64,000 nucleotides of DNA from Alphaproteobacteria bacterium (GCA_011087645.1 JAALLF010000014.1:22817-86816); one strand, 5' to 3'. Numbered from the stretch's first letter, positions 27,397-37,300 are shown. Numbers and translations: made by a program. The notes: generated by a model not told the origin, from the sequence alone.

Positions 27397-28080
27397 ATGG
27401 GTTTTCTAAAATCACTCATACTGGCCGTGGCCAATCCGACACTTCGATTTTACCGCACGAAAATCGTCGGCCTGTCGCACCAGCGCAGCGATATGGCGCG
27501 GGCTCAAGAAAAATGGCGATTAATCGAGTCGGAGCTACCAGAGACGGCCGGCAGCCTTCTCGATATTGGCTGCAACGAAGGTTATTTCACGCTGCAAGCT
27601 GCGGAGAAGGGTTGGTGTGGTTGGGGCATAGAGATAATTGAAAAGGCTGTTCGCTACGCCCGTCACGAGGCCGCCCAACGCAATTTAGATACCGCGCTTT
27701 TCTTCAATGCGCCGCTAACGCCCGAAGCGGTGGAACGGATGCCGCATTTCGACGTAATCCTGTTCATGTCCAGTTTTCATGACTTTCATCAAGTGTACGG
27801 CGGCGCTCGTGCCTACGAAATGTTCGACAATCTGCTACGCGCCTGCCGACAGAAAATGATCTTGGAGCCTGCCAGCACAACCAAACGATTTAGCGCCACC
27901 GAACCTGTTTTCAGCAAAGACAACGACCGTGAAGCAATTGAAGAGTGGGTCCGCACTTTGGTCGCGCGTTCGCCGGGCTGGACCGTACGTTATGTCGGAG
28001 AAACCGCTTATTCGGAAGTCGAACCCTATCGTTTCATGTTTTCAATCGAGCGCGCGCCGCAGCATCCGGCGTCAAGTTGA
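27397..28080 (+). CDS. Class I SAM methyltransferase, WbdD-MTase-like
   Basis: SLLDIGCNEGYFTL, WGIE, FDVILFMSSFH, MILEPA; paralog of 31656-32324. Confidence 0.8.
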   Translation: MGFLKSLILAVANPTLRFYRTKIVGLSHQRSDMARAQEKWRLIESELPETAGSLLDIGCNEGYFTLQAAEKGWCGWGIEIIEKAVRYARHEAAQRNLDTALFFNAPLTPEAVERMPHFDVILFMSSFHDFHQVYGGARAYEMFDNLLRACRQKMILEPASTTKRFSATEPVFSKDNDREAIEEWVRTLVARSPGWTVRYVGETAYSEVEPYRFMFSIERAPQHPASS

Positions 28081-28089
28081 TCGGCTGAA

Positions 28090-29805
28090 ATGAGAGACAT
28101 CCTTAAACATTTGCGTTTTGCTGGATCAGTCCTCAGGGCTTATCCGCGCTACAGTCTACCTGTGCTTTTTTTCCAGTTTGTCGCTGCCTTGTTAGAAGGC
28201 GTCGGGCTCATCGCGCTACTCCCGCTGCTTTCCATTGTGCTTAATCAGGAAACAAGCAATCCCTACATTGCAGAATTTGAACAAGTTCTTCTAGCTGCTG
28301 GATTGCGGCCAAACTTAGAGATTCTACTGAGCCTCATTGTCGGCCTAATGCTCTTAAAAGCAGCGGCAATGTGGTACGCAAAAAATAAGGTCGGCTACGC
28401 AACCGCTCAGGTCGGCGTCGATCTGCGTCACCGCTTGATCGACGCGATCGCAGCAGTGCAATGGCCCTACTATGTGACAAAGCCGACCGGCGCCCTTGCG
28501 AACTCGCTTACTGTCGAGGCTGAGAACGCATCTAACACATTCTTCCATGCCGCCCGTTTTGCGGCGGACGTCGGTCTCGTCGCGGTATATTTGGCCCTCA
28601 CCCTCACGACCGCGTGGCACGTTTCACTCGCCGCCGTTGTTCTAGGCGCCTTCGCCGCTTTAGCCCTTCATCGGTTCGTCCAAATGTCGCGGGAGACCGG
28701 TCAGGAGCAAACAAATCTGATGCGATCAACGGCCAGTCAGCTGGTCGATCGGTTAAACGGCTTCAAAGCGCTGAAAGCGATGGGAAAAGAGGCCGTGTTG
28801 AGCCGCGCTCTTGCTGACGATACGGACGCCTTACAACAGGTCAAACGCCGCGAAGTTTTTGCAAAGGAGGGGCTTGCCGCACTTCAGGAGCCAGCATTTG
28901 TCTTCGCCTTGGTCGTCGGCTTATATGGCGCGGTTACCATTTTGAATCTCGATAGTGGAACGCTCATTGTTCTCGCCATTGTGCTGTTCCGCGCCCTCGG
29001 TCGGATTGGTTCCTTGCAAATGACGCTGCAAGGAATTGTGCGCACCGAGGCGGCGTACCGAGCTATTGAATCAGCCATCGCAGCGGCTCAAGCCGAGGCC
29101 GAAACTTTAACCGGCTGGCGCCCAGCGCACTTCGATAGAACCATCAACTGCCAAAGCGTAAGTTTTGGCTATAGCGATTCTGCGTTTATTCATCACCCCG
29201 ATCTGGAAATAAGGGCGGGGCTGTTCACCGCGCTTCTAGGTCCATCCGGCGCCGGTAAAACGACGATTGTCGACTTAATCGCAGGCCTGCTACATCCGAC
29301 TGATGGTGACATCCGGATCGACGACGTGCCGCTCGCAGAGATTAACTTAAAAGAGTGGCGCGCGATGATCGGCTACATGCCGCAAGACCCAATCCTGTTC
29401 AACGATACGCTGCGCGCCAACATCGTCCTCGGCGATTCCAACTTAACCGACGCCGACGTCGAAGCTGCAATCCGAAGTGCCGGGTTGCAGGACTATTTCT
29501 CGTCACTCACCGAGGGGCTCGAAACTCCCGTTGGTGAGAAAGGGATGCGGTTTTCGGGCGGTCAACGACAGCGCATCGCGCTAGCCCGCGCACTGGTTCG
29601 AAAACCCCGGCTGTTGATTTTGGATGAGGCAACATCGTCTCTCGATTCCGAAAGCGAGATCGCCATACTTGAGACCGTTCGCCATCTCAAAGGAGCGACC
29701 ACTATTCTGGCGATCTCGCACCAGCCCGCGGTACGCGGTGCTGCCGATGTGATTTACCGGATAGAAGATGGCCAGGTACGCCTGGAAAAAGGGCTCGCCG
29801 CATAG
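28090..29805 (+). CDS. ABC half-transporter (TMD+NBD), PglK/Wzk/MsbA-like glycan flippase
   Basis: N-terminal TM helices, GPSGAGKTT, FSGGQRQR, LILDEATS, ISH. Confidence 0.9.
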   Translation: MRDILKHLRFAGSVLRAYPRYSLPVLFFQFVAALLEGVGLIALLPLLSIVLNQETSNPYIAEFEQVLLAAGLRPNLEILLSLIVGLMLLKAAAMWYAKNKVGYATAQVGVDLRHRLIDAIAAVQWPYYVTKPTGALANSLTVEAENASNTFFHAARFAADVGLVAVYLALTLTTAWHVSLAAVVLGAFAALALHRFVQMSRETGQEQTNLMRSTASQLVDRLNGFKALKAMGKEAVLSRALADDTDALQQVKRREVFAKEGLAALQEPAFVFALVVGLYGAVTILNLDSGTLIVLAIVLFRALGRIGSLQMTLQGIVRTEAAYRAIESAIAAAQAEAETLTGWRPAHFDRTINCQSVSFGYSDSAFIHHPDLEIRAGLFTALLGPSGAGKTTIVDLIAGLLHPTDGDIRIDDVPLAEINLKEWRAMIGYMPQDPILFNDTLRANIVLGDSNLTDADVEAAIRSAGLQDYFSSLTEGLETPVGEKGMRFSGGQRQRIALARALVRKPRLLILDEATSSLDSESEIAILETVRHLKGATTILAISHQPAVRGAADVIYRIEDGQVRLEKGLAA

Positions 29806-29879
29806 TGGCGGCTTCCAGCTCAAATCGCCGCTTGGGATACCTAAACAATACAACCATAGTAAACTTGGCAGGAATGTAG

Positions 29880-30638
29880 ATGAACGTTAGCCGCCTCGCC
29901 AATCTTGTCTATAAATCGGCGATCAATCACACGCCCTATTCGGTTAAGTATAAGGCGATGACTGCGTGGCAACGCACATTGCCGCCATACCACGTCGTAA
30001 AACCGGGTGATGTGGTCGTTCAAATAGGGGTGGCGGGTCATCTTTGCCCCATGGGAAGATCGCAGGCCATCCTCTATTCGCGTTTGGTGGGAGACACCGG
30101 CAAGGTGTTGGCATTCGAAGCAATTCCGGAAAATCTCGACCATTTCTGCTCATATGTGACGCGGCATGGCATTACGAACATCGAGAGCAAGTCCACAGGA
30201 CTGTGGAACGAAAAAGGCACTTTGGTGTTCGACGCACCGGCGAAGGGGCCTGGCTCCTCCCGCATCAAAGCGGCAAAAACGGACGCACCCTATCAATACA
30301 CGACCGAGCGAGAATTTCCGGTCGATACACTTGATCACCTTCTCGATGAACAGGGCGTCGAAAGGCTGGACCTGATCAACATAACCACAAATTGCGCCGA
30401 AACCGAAATCATGGAAGGAGGTATGAAGTACCTCAAACGCTTCAAGCCAACCCTGTGCGTTCCAGAGCGACCAGAAAACCTGGAATATTTCGAAGCCAAT
30501 TTGAAACCGTTGGGTTACACCGCCCAAGTTCGCGAAGTTCGCCTACATCTACTCGGATCGCCATTCAGGGTTCTATGGGCCGAAAGGCCAAATGAGCAGA
30601 ATAATCCAACCATCGCGGAAACCAACGCGCATGCATGA
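29880..30638 (+). CDS. FkbM-family methyltransferase
   Basis: VKPGDVVVQIG, GKVLAFEA.PEN, TGLWN, VDTLD; divergent acidic motifs. Confidence 0.7.
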   Translation: MNVSRLANLVYKSAINHTPYSVKYKAMTAWQRTLPPYHVVKPGDVVVQIGVAGHLCPMGRSQAILYSRLVGDTGKVLAFEAIPENLDHFCSYVTRHGITNIESKSTGLWNEKGTLVFDAPAKGPGSSRIKAAKTDAPYQYTTEREFPVDTLDHLLDEQGVERLDLINITTNCAETEIMEGGMKYLKRFKPTLCVPERPENLEYFEANLKPLGYTAQVREVRLHLLGSPFRVLWAERPNEQNNPTIAETNAHA

Positions 30639-31659
30639 TTGTCCCATTTATGTGACCGGGATGATGGAGTCGGGCAAATCGACCTTTATGACCCTTTTAG
30701 ATGGCCACCCAGATCTCCTGGTTTTTCCGCAGGAACCGAATTTTGGTCGCATGCTAGAGCAACAATTTACCTCGGCTGAAGACGCGCGCCGCTGGTCTCT
30801 CGAGAAATCAGATTTTAGTAAAAGCGGCTCTCTGCGTGGGATCGAGGACCAACAAGAGTCGGCATACGATCACCGTAAGTATCTTGCCGAGCTGGAACAC
30901 GCGCTGTCCGAGAAATTTGCCCCGCGCGAGGTAATGATCGAAACGATGCGCGCCTTCGCAGAGGCATCCAACCAGAATTTCGATTCGCGCAAATATTGGG
31001 TATTCAACGAACCCAGTCGAGCGCGCATGGCGCCATGGCTCTTTTCCACCTTTCCCAATGGAAAGGTCATCCACCTAATACGCGATCCTCGCGAGCATTT
31101 TGCTGCCATTAAAGCCCATCACCGCCAGGTTGATGCGGATATGGGTCGAGCGCCGGCGTTAAGTTTCTCGATGGATTGGGCGCTAGGGGTGACGCAGGCG
31201 TTCGAAAACCGCGGCAAGTTTGGCGCCTCGCGATACCTTATTGTGGGTTACGAGGATGTTCGCGACCAAAAAGAAAAGACCGTGCGCCGTATCGCCGATT
31301 TTCTCAATATCGAGTTCGATCCTGTACTCCTACACCCCTCAAAGGTCGGAATTTCTGCCGCAACGACAGATGGCCGAATTACAGAATCTGAAATTGGAAA
31401 ATGGATACAACCGTTAACCAGACGCGAACATATTCTGATCGAGTCTCTTTGCGGCGACGTGATGCTCGGAAGTCAGACTGGTTATCGGCCCCATCTAAAT
31501 TCTGCCTTGCAAAAGATCGTCAACGGCCTTCTTCGACGCGTTGTCTACGCAAGCTACTACGGAAAACGACTACTCAAGGGCATTGTATCACCGGACGCCC
31601 TTCATGAGCTTAGTCGGATCGATAGAGCTGCAAACAACGTCTATGCATTTCGTCTATGA
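30631..31659 (+). CDS. Sulfotransferase-fold protein with atypical P-loop
   Basis: VTGMMESGKST..LLDGHP, FPNGKVIHLIRDPR, YEDV, IADFL. Confidence 0.75.
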   Translation: MHDCPIYVTGMMESGKSTFMTLLDGHPDLLVFPQEPNFGRMLEQQFTSAEDARRWSLEKSDFSKSGSLRGIEDQQESAYDHRKYLAELEHALSEKFAPREVMIETMRAFAEASNQNFDSRKYWVFNEPSRARMAPWLFSTFPNGKVIHLIRDPREHFAAIKAHHRQVDADMGRAPALSFSMDWALGVTQAFENRGKFGASRYLIVGYEDVRDQKEKTVRRIADFLNIEFDPVLLHPSKVGISAATTDGRITESEIGKWIQPLTRREHILIESLCGDVMLGSQTGYRPHLNSALQKIVNGLLRRVVYASYYGKRLLKGIVSPDALHELSRIDRAANNVYAFRL

Positions 31660-32324
31660 CCGTTCCCTTACCCCCTATTGTCAAGAATGTTTTGCTGAGC
31701 GCATACAATCCGGTCGCCAATTTTTACAAAAACAAGATATTGAAAGTCTCGCATCAAACGCACTTTCAAGATCGAACCGTCGAAAAGTGGGATCTGATCA
31801 AGCACGAACTGCCCCGCACGCCGGGAAGTTTGCTCGATATTGGCTGTAGCGAAGGTAAGTTCACGCTGAAAGCAGCGAGCGTTGGATATTCCGCCTGGGG
31901 AATCGAAGGCAAGGACGCGGCTGTCAAACGCGCGGTCGAGGCATCCGCAAAGGACCTGGAAGCCAACGCTCTGTTCACACCAGGCCTATTAACGCCGCAA
32001 GCTGCCCGACACCTACCCACATATGATGTCATTCTTTTACTGTCGGTGTTGCACCAACTCGTTACACATTACGGCGAAGAGGTGGCGGTGACCATGGTTC
32101 AGGATTTGCTGAATTCGTGTCGGCAAAAACTTATTCTGGAGCTAGCAGGGACGAACCGGAAATACGGTCACCCGGTATTAAACCGCGACAACGACCAGGC
32201 GAGCGTCGATGCTTTTGTCCGCCGCCTTCTTCCCATGGGCTGGAATATGCGCCTCGTTGGCGCCGTGCCCTATACCGATGAAGAACATAACCGCTTCGTC
32301 TATGTGATCGAGCGTGAGAACTGA
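31656..32324 (+). CDS. Class I SAM methyltransferase, WbdD-MTase-like
   Basis: SLLDIGCSEGKFTL, WGIE, YDVILLLSVLHQ, LILELA. Confidence 0.8.
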   Translation: MTVPLPPIVKNVLLSAYNPVANFYKNKILKVSHQTHFQDRTVEKWDLIKHELPRTPGSLLDIGCSEGKFTLKAASVGYSAWGIEGKDAAVKRAVEASAKDLEANALFTPGLLTPQAARHLPTYDVILLLSVLHQLVTHYGEEVAVTMVQDLLNSCRQKLILELAGTNRKYGHPVLNRDNDQASVDAFVRRLLPMGWNMRLVGAVPYTDEEHNRFVYVIEREN

Positions 32325-32426
32325 TACCGATCGAAATCGGCCGCTGCCGTTCGCGCTCGTAAGCATTATCTGTTTGCGCTGGATCGCTTTAACTTCGAAT
32401 CTTCGCCCCCACAGGAACGCGGCCCC

Positions 32427-33284
32427 ATGATCATCAAACACTATGCCGCCGGCAAAGGCGAGGATGCTGAAGCCTGGTCGAGTGATCGGATTCAGCAGAT
32501 AGGGGCGCTTGAGGATAGATATTTCAAGGGTCTTAAGTGGAGCTTGTTCAAAAAGTATGTCAATCGCCAGGATATTTTCGTGGAAGCCGGATGCGGCAGC
32601 GGAGACCATCTGCGGGCTGTACAAGACCATATCGGAGCAACCTGCATCGGCATTGATTTCGCGTCAGAATTGCTTGACGAATTGAATACGCGTTTTCCCG
32701 ACTACCGTTGGGAACAGGGCGATGTTCGTCAGTTATCGAGATTTAAGGACGCATCAGTCGATGTGATGGCGTCGTTCGGGGTCGTGGAACACATCGAAAC
32801 CGGCCCTTACGAAGCGATCAACGAAATGAAGAGAGTTATAAAGCCTGGTGGGATGCTGATATTTAGCGTTCCGAGGAACGCGCCTCTGGCAATTCTAGGT
32901 TTGATCAAACATGCAATTTTTCGCGAGCCGTTCTTATTCTCCAATAAAAAAGAGATCGTTCGCGGCGACCGATCAATGGTGATCGTAAAGAAATTTGACG
33001 ACGAACGAGCGGGCGTTTACCCGTTCAGTCAATACGCCGTGACCGACCGCGTTGTTTATTCCTATTTCCCGAATGAACATTGGACGGTCGTTGAAAAAAG
33101 GTGCAACGGCCTCATTTACCCGCGTTTGGCGGAATCTATCAAAAAGTTGCTGGGTGAAGTGGCCTACGAAAATATTTGCGTCCTTGAGATGCCGGGCACC
33201 CTTCGCGAAAAAGTTTGGTTCCGATTTCTCGCTTGGTTCTACGGGGGAAACCGGCTGCTAATTCTAAAAAGAACAACGTCGTGA
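32427..33284 (+). CDS. Class I SAM methyltransferase
   Basis: VEAGCGSG, GIDF, GDVR, FGVVEH, EMKRVIKPGG. Confidence 0.88.
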   Translation: MIIKHYAAGKGEDAEAWSSDRIQQIGALEDRYFKGLKWSLFKKYVNRQDIFVEAGCGSGDHLRAVQDHIGATCIGIDFASELLDELNTRFPDYRWEQGDVRQLSRFKDASVDVMASFGVVEHIETGPYEAINEMKRVIKPGGMLIFSVPRNAPLAILGLIKHAIFREPFLFSNKKEIVRGDRSMVIVKKFDDERAGVYPFSQYAVTDRVVYSYFPNEHWTVVEKRCNGLIYPRLAESIKKLLGEVAYENICVLEMPGTLREKVWFRFLAWFYGGNRLLILKRTTS

Positions 33285-33414
33285 CCGATATCCAGTACGG
33301 CTGATCGCTGCGACTCGCCGGTTGTTTCGCCTGAGGAACCTGGAGGGCCGTAGGTTACATTGACGTGAATTGCTCACAGCAAGAATCCAAATATGGAGTT
33401 GAGCAGTTAAAAAA

Positions 33415-34950
33415 ATGCATGGACTAATTTGGTTTCTACCCGACTTCCGCGACTGGCCGCTTACCGTCGCGCAAGGACTGCAATCGCACGCGCCGGATTG
33501 GACGTTTTGTGGGCTGGTGAGCGGTTTTGAACACGACTATGACCATGTCGAAAGTTCAACCGCCCCGGCAATCCGGCCGCTCTACAACATGGATCATCTC
33601 CAGCGTGCCTGGCTCACCCAGCCCGCCGAGACCGCCAAGCTGGAAAAATATGGGGAAATCCTAGGCCCGCAAACCTTGAACCGAATTCTCATTGCCGACC
33701 GGAATATTGGCCGTGGCTTCGTGGCTGGTGTCGATCTGCCGGAGACACCGTTGATGCGGCTCACGCGCGAACACGAACATCGAATGCGCTACCTCATCGG
33801 ATTGCTCGATTTTCTCTTCGATGTATTTGAACACGAGAAGCCGGACTATGTATTCGCGGCCGGTGTTGCCGGCGCGCTGGCAATGGCCCTCGCGGCTGTC
33901 AGCGAACATTTTGACGTGAAGTTTCGCAATTTATTGTCGACGCGCATTGGAACGGGTCACACGATAACCGAAGCATCGGATGGCCTATGCCCCTCGATTG
34001 AAGAGAGGTTCAAACAAGCCAGCTTGAACCCGCAAATCGTTGAGCCGTGGCTTGATGACGCCCGCGCAATTGTGACGGCGTTTCATGATAGGCCGCACGG
34101 TTTGCAGGACACCGAAACGGCCTGGCAACGCGCCGCGCGACCCCTCCGCCCCATCGATATGGCGGCGTTGGCTTGGCGGGCGATGACGCGCCGGCCGCCA
34201 GAGCTTATCAACCTACCCTATCCTGCAAGTTATTTTGCGTGGGAAATCAGACGGCGATTTCGAGTGCGTCGAATGTTGCGGTCTGGCTTATTCCACACAG
34301 CGGCTGTGCTTGACGGCAGAAAGTTTGCCTATTTTCCACTCCATATTACCCCCGAAGCGAGCACAATGGTCCTCGCGCCGCTAATGACAGATCAGATTAG
34401 CGTTATTGAAACGTTGGCCAAATGTCTGCCAAGCGAAATGAGACTCGCCGTCAAAGAACACGTACCGATGATCGGTCGTCGCCCCATTGAGTTTTATCGC
34501 CGTCTGGCCGCGATTCCCAAGGTGGTGCTGATTTCACCCACCGCTGAAACATTCGACCTCATTCGCCGCGCAGATCTCACCTGCGTGATTACCGGTACCG
34601 CAGCGTGGGAAGCGATTCTTATGAAGCGTCCCGCACTCTGCCTTGGCCGGGCGCTCTACCAGACGGTCGGTGAAGGGTTCGTGCGCTGTGAAGAACTTTC
34701 ACGGCTTCCCGAAGCCATCAGCGAGGCCTTGGCGGTTGCGCCGGCGTCGGACGACAAAATCGCGATATATATCGCCTCGGTGCTCGCGGAATCCTTTGAA
34801 CTACCGAAAAGGCTACGGTTCAGCGTCCCTGCCGATATTGTCGCCGCGCACCCGGAAATATCGCAAGCCATGGTCGATCGGCTGTTGAAGTCTTTTGAAC
34901 CGGCGGTGGATCCGCTCTCCCAGCCGGCGTCCGAATCCTCGATTGGGTGA
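33415..34950 (+). CDS. Capsule_synth/KpsS-like protein, candidate nonulosonate transferase
   Basis: YFPLHITPEAS, AVKEH.P, VITGTAAWEA..MKRP C-terminal motifs. Confidence 0.7.
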   Translation: MHGLIWFLPDFRDWPLTVAQGLQSHAPDWTFCGLVSGFEHDYDHVESSTAPAIRPLYNMDHLQRAWLTQPAETAKLEKYGEILGPQTLNRILIADRNIGRGFVAGVDLPETPLMRLTREHEHRMRYLIGLLDFLFDVFEHEKPDYVFAAGVAGALAMALAAVSEHFDVKFRNLLSTRIGTGHTITEASDGLCPSIEERFKQASLNPQIVEPWLDDARAIVTAFHDRPHGLQDTETAWQRAARPLRPIDMAALAWRAMTRRPPELINLPYPASYFAWEIRRRFRVRRMLRSGLFHTAAVLDGRKFAYFPLHITPEASTMVLAPLMTDQISVIETLAKCLPSEMRLAVKEHVPMIGRRPIEFYRRLAAIPKVVLISPTAETFDLIRRADLTCVITGTAAWEAILMKRPALCLGRALYQTVGEGFVRCEELSRLPEAISEALAVAPASDDKIAIYIASVLAESFELPKRLRFSVPADIVAAHPEISQAMVDRLLKSFEPAVDPLSQPASESSIG

Positions 34951-34966
34951 GCAGCCGCGCGTGCTA

Positions 34967-36169
34967 ATGCGGACGGAAAAATCGAGCGATAAGATTGGCG
35001 CCGACCACGGAGGAGCCGCGCGCACGAACACCGCCCCGGCGCGCGTCTGTTTTCCGTTCATCGGCGATCTTATCGGCGGCAGTTACATCTCCAGCCTCTT
35101 GCTCGCCCAACATCTCGACAGCAGCCGGTATGAGCCGGTCATTGTGCTGCACGAGGAAGGGCACTTCGCCAGCGAACTGCGAAAACAAGGCATTGCCTAC
35201 GATCTCGTTCCACTGCCGGGATTTGTCGGCACGGCACCGGGGATCACCACGCACGCGAAAGCAATCGCCCGCACGCTGCCCACCCTCCACCGATACATTC
35301 GCCGGCGCGGCATTTCCATCGTGCACACAAACGAATGGCCCCTGCACCAAACCTGGGCGGCGCCGACACGGCTGGCGGGCCGTACCTTCATTTGGCACCA
35401 GCGCGGCATGTTATCGCAATCGCGCCTCGATACCCTGCTACGCGCCCGCGCCCACCGCGTTTTCTGTGTCTCGAACTATGTTCTCGACCAACTTCCCGCC
35501 AATTTGGCGAGCCGTAGCGCCGTGGTTGATAGCCCCTTCGAGACGGAGATCGACTTTGGCGTGAACCAAGCCGCGGCGCGGCACACCCTGCGCAGCGAAC
35601 TGGAGACCGGCCCCGACGTGCCTGTGGTCGGTTATTTCGGAAACTTATGGGATGTGAAGCGGCCGCGAGTATTTGTCGAAGCGGCCGCCGCCATCAACCA
35701 AGCGCTAAGCGGCGAGGCGGCATTCGTGATTTTCGGCGACGATCGGGAGGGACAGGGGGCCACGCTTCAAGCCGATGCGACCGCAAGCGGCCTCGACAAA
35801 CAACTGCACTTTATGGGGTTCCGCACGCCGGGAACCTACTGGATCGCGGCGTGTGATTTGATGCTCGCGCCGGCGGTTGGCGATGCTTTTCCCCGCACCC
35901 TGGTCGAGGCGGCTCTGGCCGGCGTCCCCGTGGTCGCGGCCGACGCCGGTGGCCATCCCGAAATTATCACCAACGGCGAGACCGGAATTCTGGTGGCGCC
36001 CGACGATCCCGCGGCGATGGCCGAGGCCGCATTGGCGCTGATCAAGGATCCCAACAAAGCTCACACAATTGCCGCCGCGGCAAAGGCCGCCGCGCTAAGC
36101 CGGTTCAGTGTGAAAACGCACGCGGACCATATTCAAGACCTCTACGATGAAACGTTGGCAGCCCATTAA
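34967..36169 (+). CDS. Glycosyltransferase family 4
   Basis: IVHTN, WHQR, KRP, DAFPRTLVEA, GGHPEII..GETG; start uncertain. Confidence 0.88.
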   Translation: MRTEKSSDKIGADHGGAARTNTAPARVCFPFIGDLIGGSYISSLLLAQHLDSSRYEPVIVLHEEGHFASELRKQGIAYDLVPLPGFVGTAPGITTHAKAIARTLPTLHRYIRRRGISIVHTNEWPLHQTWAAPTRLAGRTFIWHQRGMLSQSRLDTLLRARAHRVFCVSNYVLDQLPANLASRSAVVDSPFETEIDFGVNQAAARHTLRSELETGPDVPVVGYFGNLWDVKRPRVFVEAAAAINQALSGEAAFVIFGDDREGQGATLQADATASGLDKQLHFMGFRTPGTYWIAACDLMLAPAVGDAFPRTLVEAALAGVPVVAADAGGHPEIITNGETGILVAPDDPAAMAEAALALIKDPNKAHTIAAAAKAAALSRFSVKTHADHIQDLYDETLAAH

Positions 36170-36181
36170 AGCCGGAGTGAC

Positions 36182-37300
36182 GTGAAGATTGCGCTTGTCA
36201 TTCACGGCCTTGGCCCAGGCGGCGCTGAACGGACCTTGACCACGCTGGCTAATGCCTGGGTCGCCCGCGGCGATAGCGTCACCCTGCTATCGTTTGATGA
36301 TGGCACGGCCCCACCGGCCTTCGCCCTCGACCCTGCGATCGACCATCGCCCGCTGTCTTTGGCCGGGCTGTCGCGAAATTTCGGGCAAGCTATTTTTGCC
36401 AATGGCGCGCGCATCCGCCGCCTTCGCACTGCCTTGGCCCAGGCAAATCCCGATGTCGTAATCTCATTCATTACCGCGACAAATATCCTGGCGATCCTTG
36501 CCACCAGAGGTTTCCGGGTGCCGCTTATTGTGTCGGAAAGGGTCGATACCAAGGCCCATCGCCTCCCTGGCGTTTGGTCGGCACTACGAAAAATCCTATA
36601 CCGATACACCGACGCGGTGGTGGTCCAAGGCGAGCAAATCGTCGAAAGCCTGCCGGCCGCCATTCGCCCCTTGGCCCATGTCATTCCCAACCCGGTCACC
36701 CGTCCGATCGACTCCCTCGACGCCGCGGCTTCGTTCGATGCGGTTTCGAACGCCGACCGCATGCGGATCGTCGGGCTCGGCCGGCTAGTCCCGCAAAAAG
36801 GCTTCGACCTTCTGATCCGCGCCTTCGCAGCCACCGCGCAACATTTTCCTGACTGGGACCTGGTTATTTGGGGAGAAGGCCCAGAGCGCGCAGCGCTCGG
36901 TGCGCTCATCGAAGAGCTCGGGCTGAGCGGACGTGTGAAGCTGCCCGGCGTCACCGCCGCGCCGGCAGCCGCCCTCGCCTCGGCCGACATATTCATCTTG
37001 TCGTCGCGTTACGAGGGCTTCCCCAACGCGCTCGCCGAAGCCATGGCCTGCGGCGTGGCGGTGATCGCGACCGACTGCCCCAGCGGCCCGTCCGATATGA
37101 TTCGCGACAATGTGGACGGCCTGCTTGTCGCACCCGAAGACAGCCAAGCGCTGGCCGACGCCATCGGCCGGCTGGCGTCTGACGCGTCGCTGGGCGCCGC
37201 GCTCGGCAAGCGCGCCGCGGAGATCACCAGCCGCTACAGCGTGGACGACATAATTGGGAGATGGAACGAATTGATTGTCAAAGTTGGGTCCCCACAATGA
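36182..37300 (+). CDS. Glycosyltransferase family 4 (PglJ/PglH-like)
   Basis: GGAER, IVSER, IPNP, GRLVPQKGFD, SRYEGFPNALAEAMA, DCPSGP. Confidence 0.92.
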   Translation: MKIALVIHGLGPGGAERTLTTLANAWVARGDSVTLLSFDDGTAPPAFALDPAIDHRPLSLAGLSRNFGQAIFANGARIRRLRTALAQANPDVVISFITATNILAILATRGFRVPLIVSERVDTKAHRLPGVWSALRKILYRYTDAVVVQGEQIVESLPAAIRPLAHVIPNPVTRPIDSLDAAASFDAVSNADRMRIVGLGRLVPQKGFDLLIRAFAATAQHFPDWDLVIWGEGPERAALGALIEELGLSGRVKLPGVTAAPAAALASADIFILSSRYEGFPNALAEAMACGVAVIATDCPSGPSDMIRDNVDGLLVAPEDSQALADAIGRLASDASLGAALGKRAAEITSRYSVDDIIGRWNELIVKVGSPQ

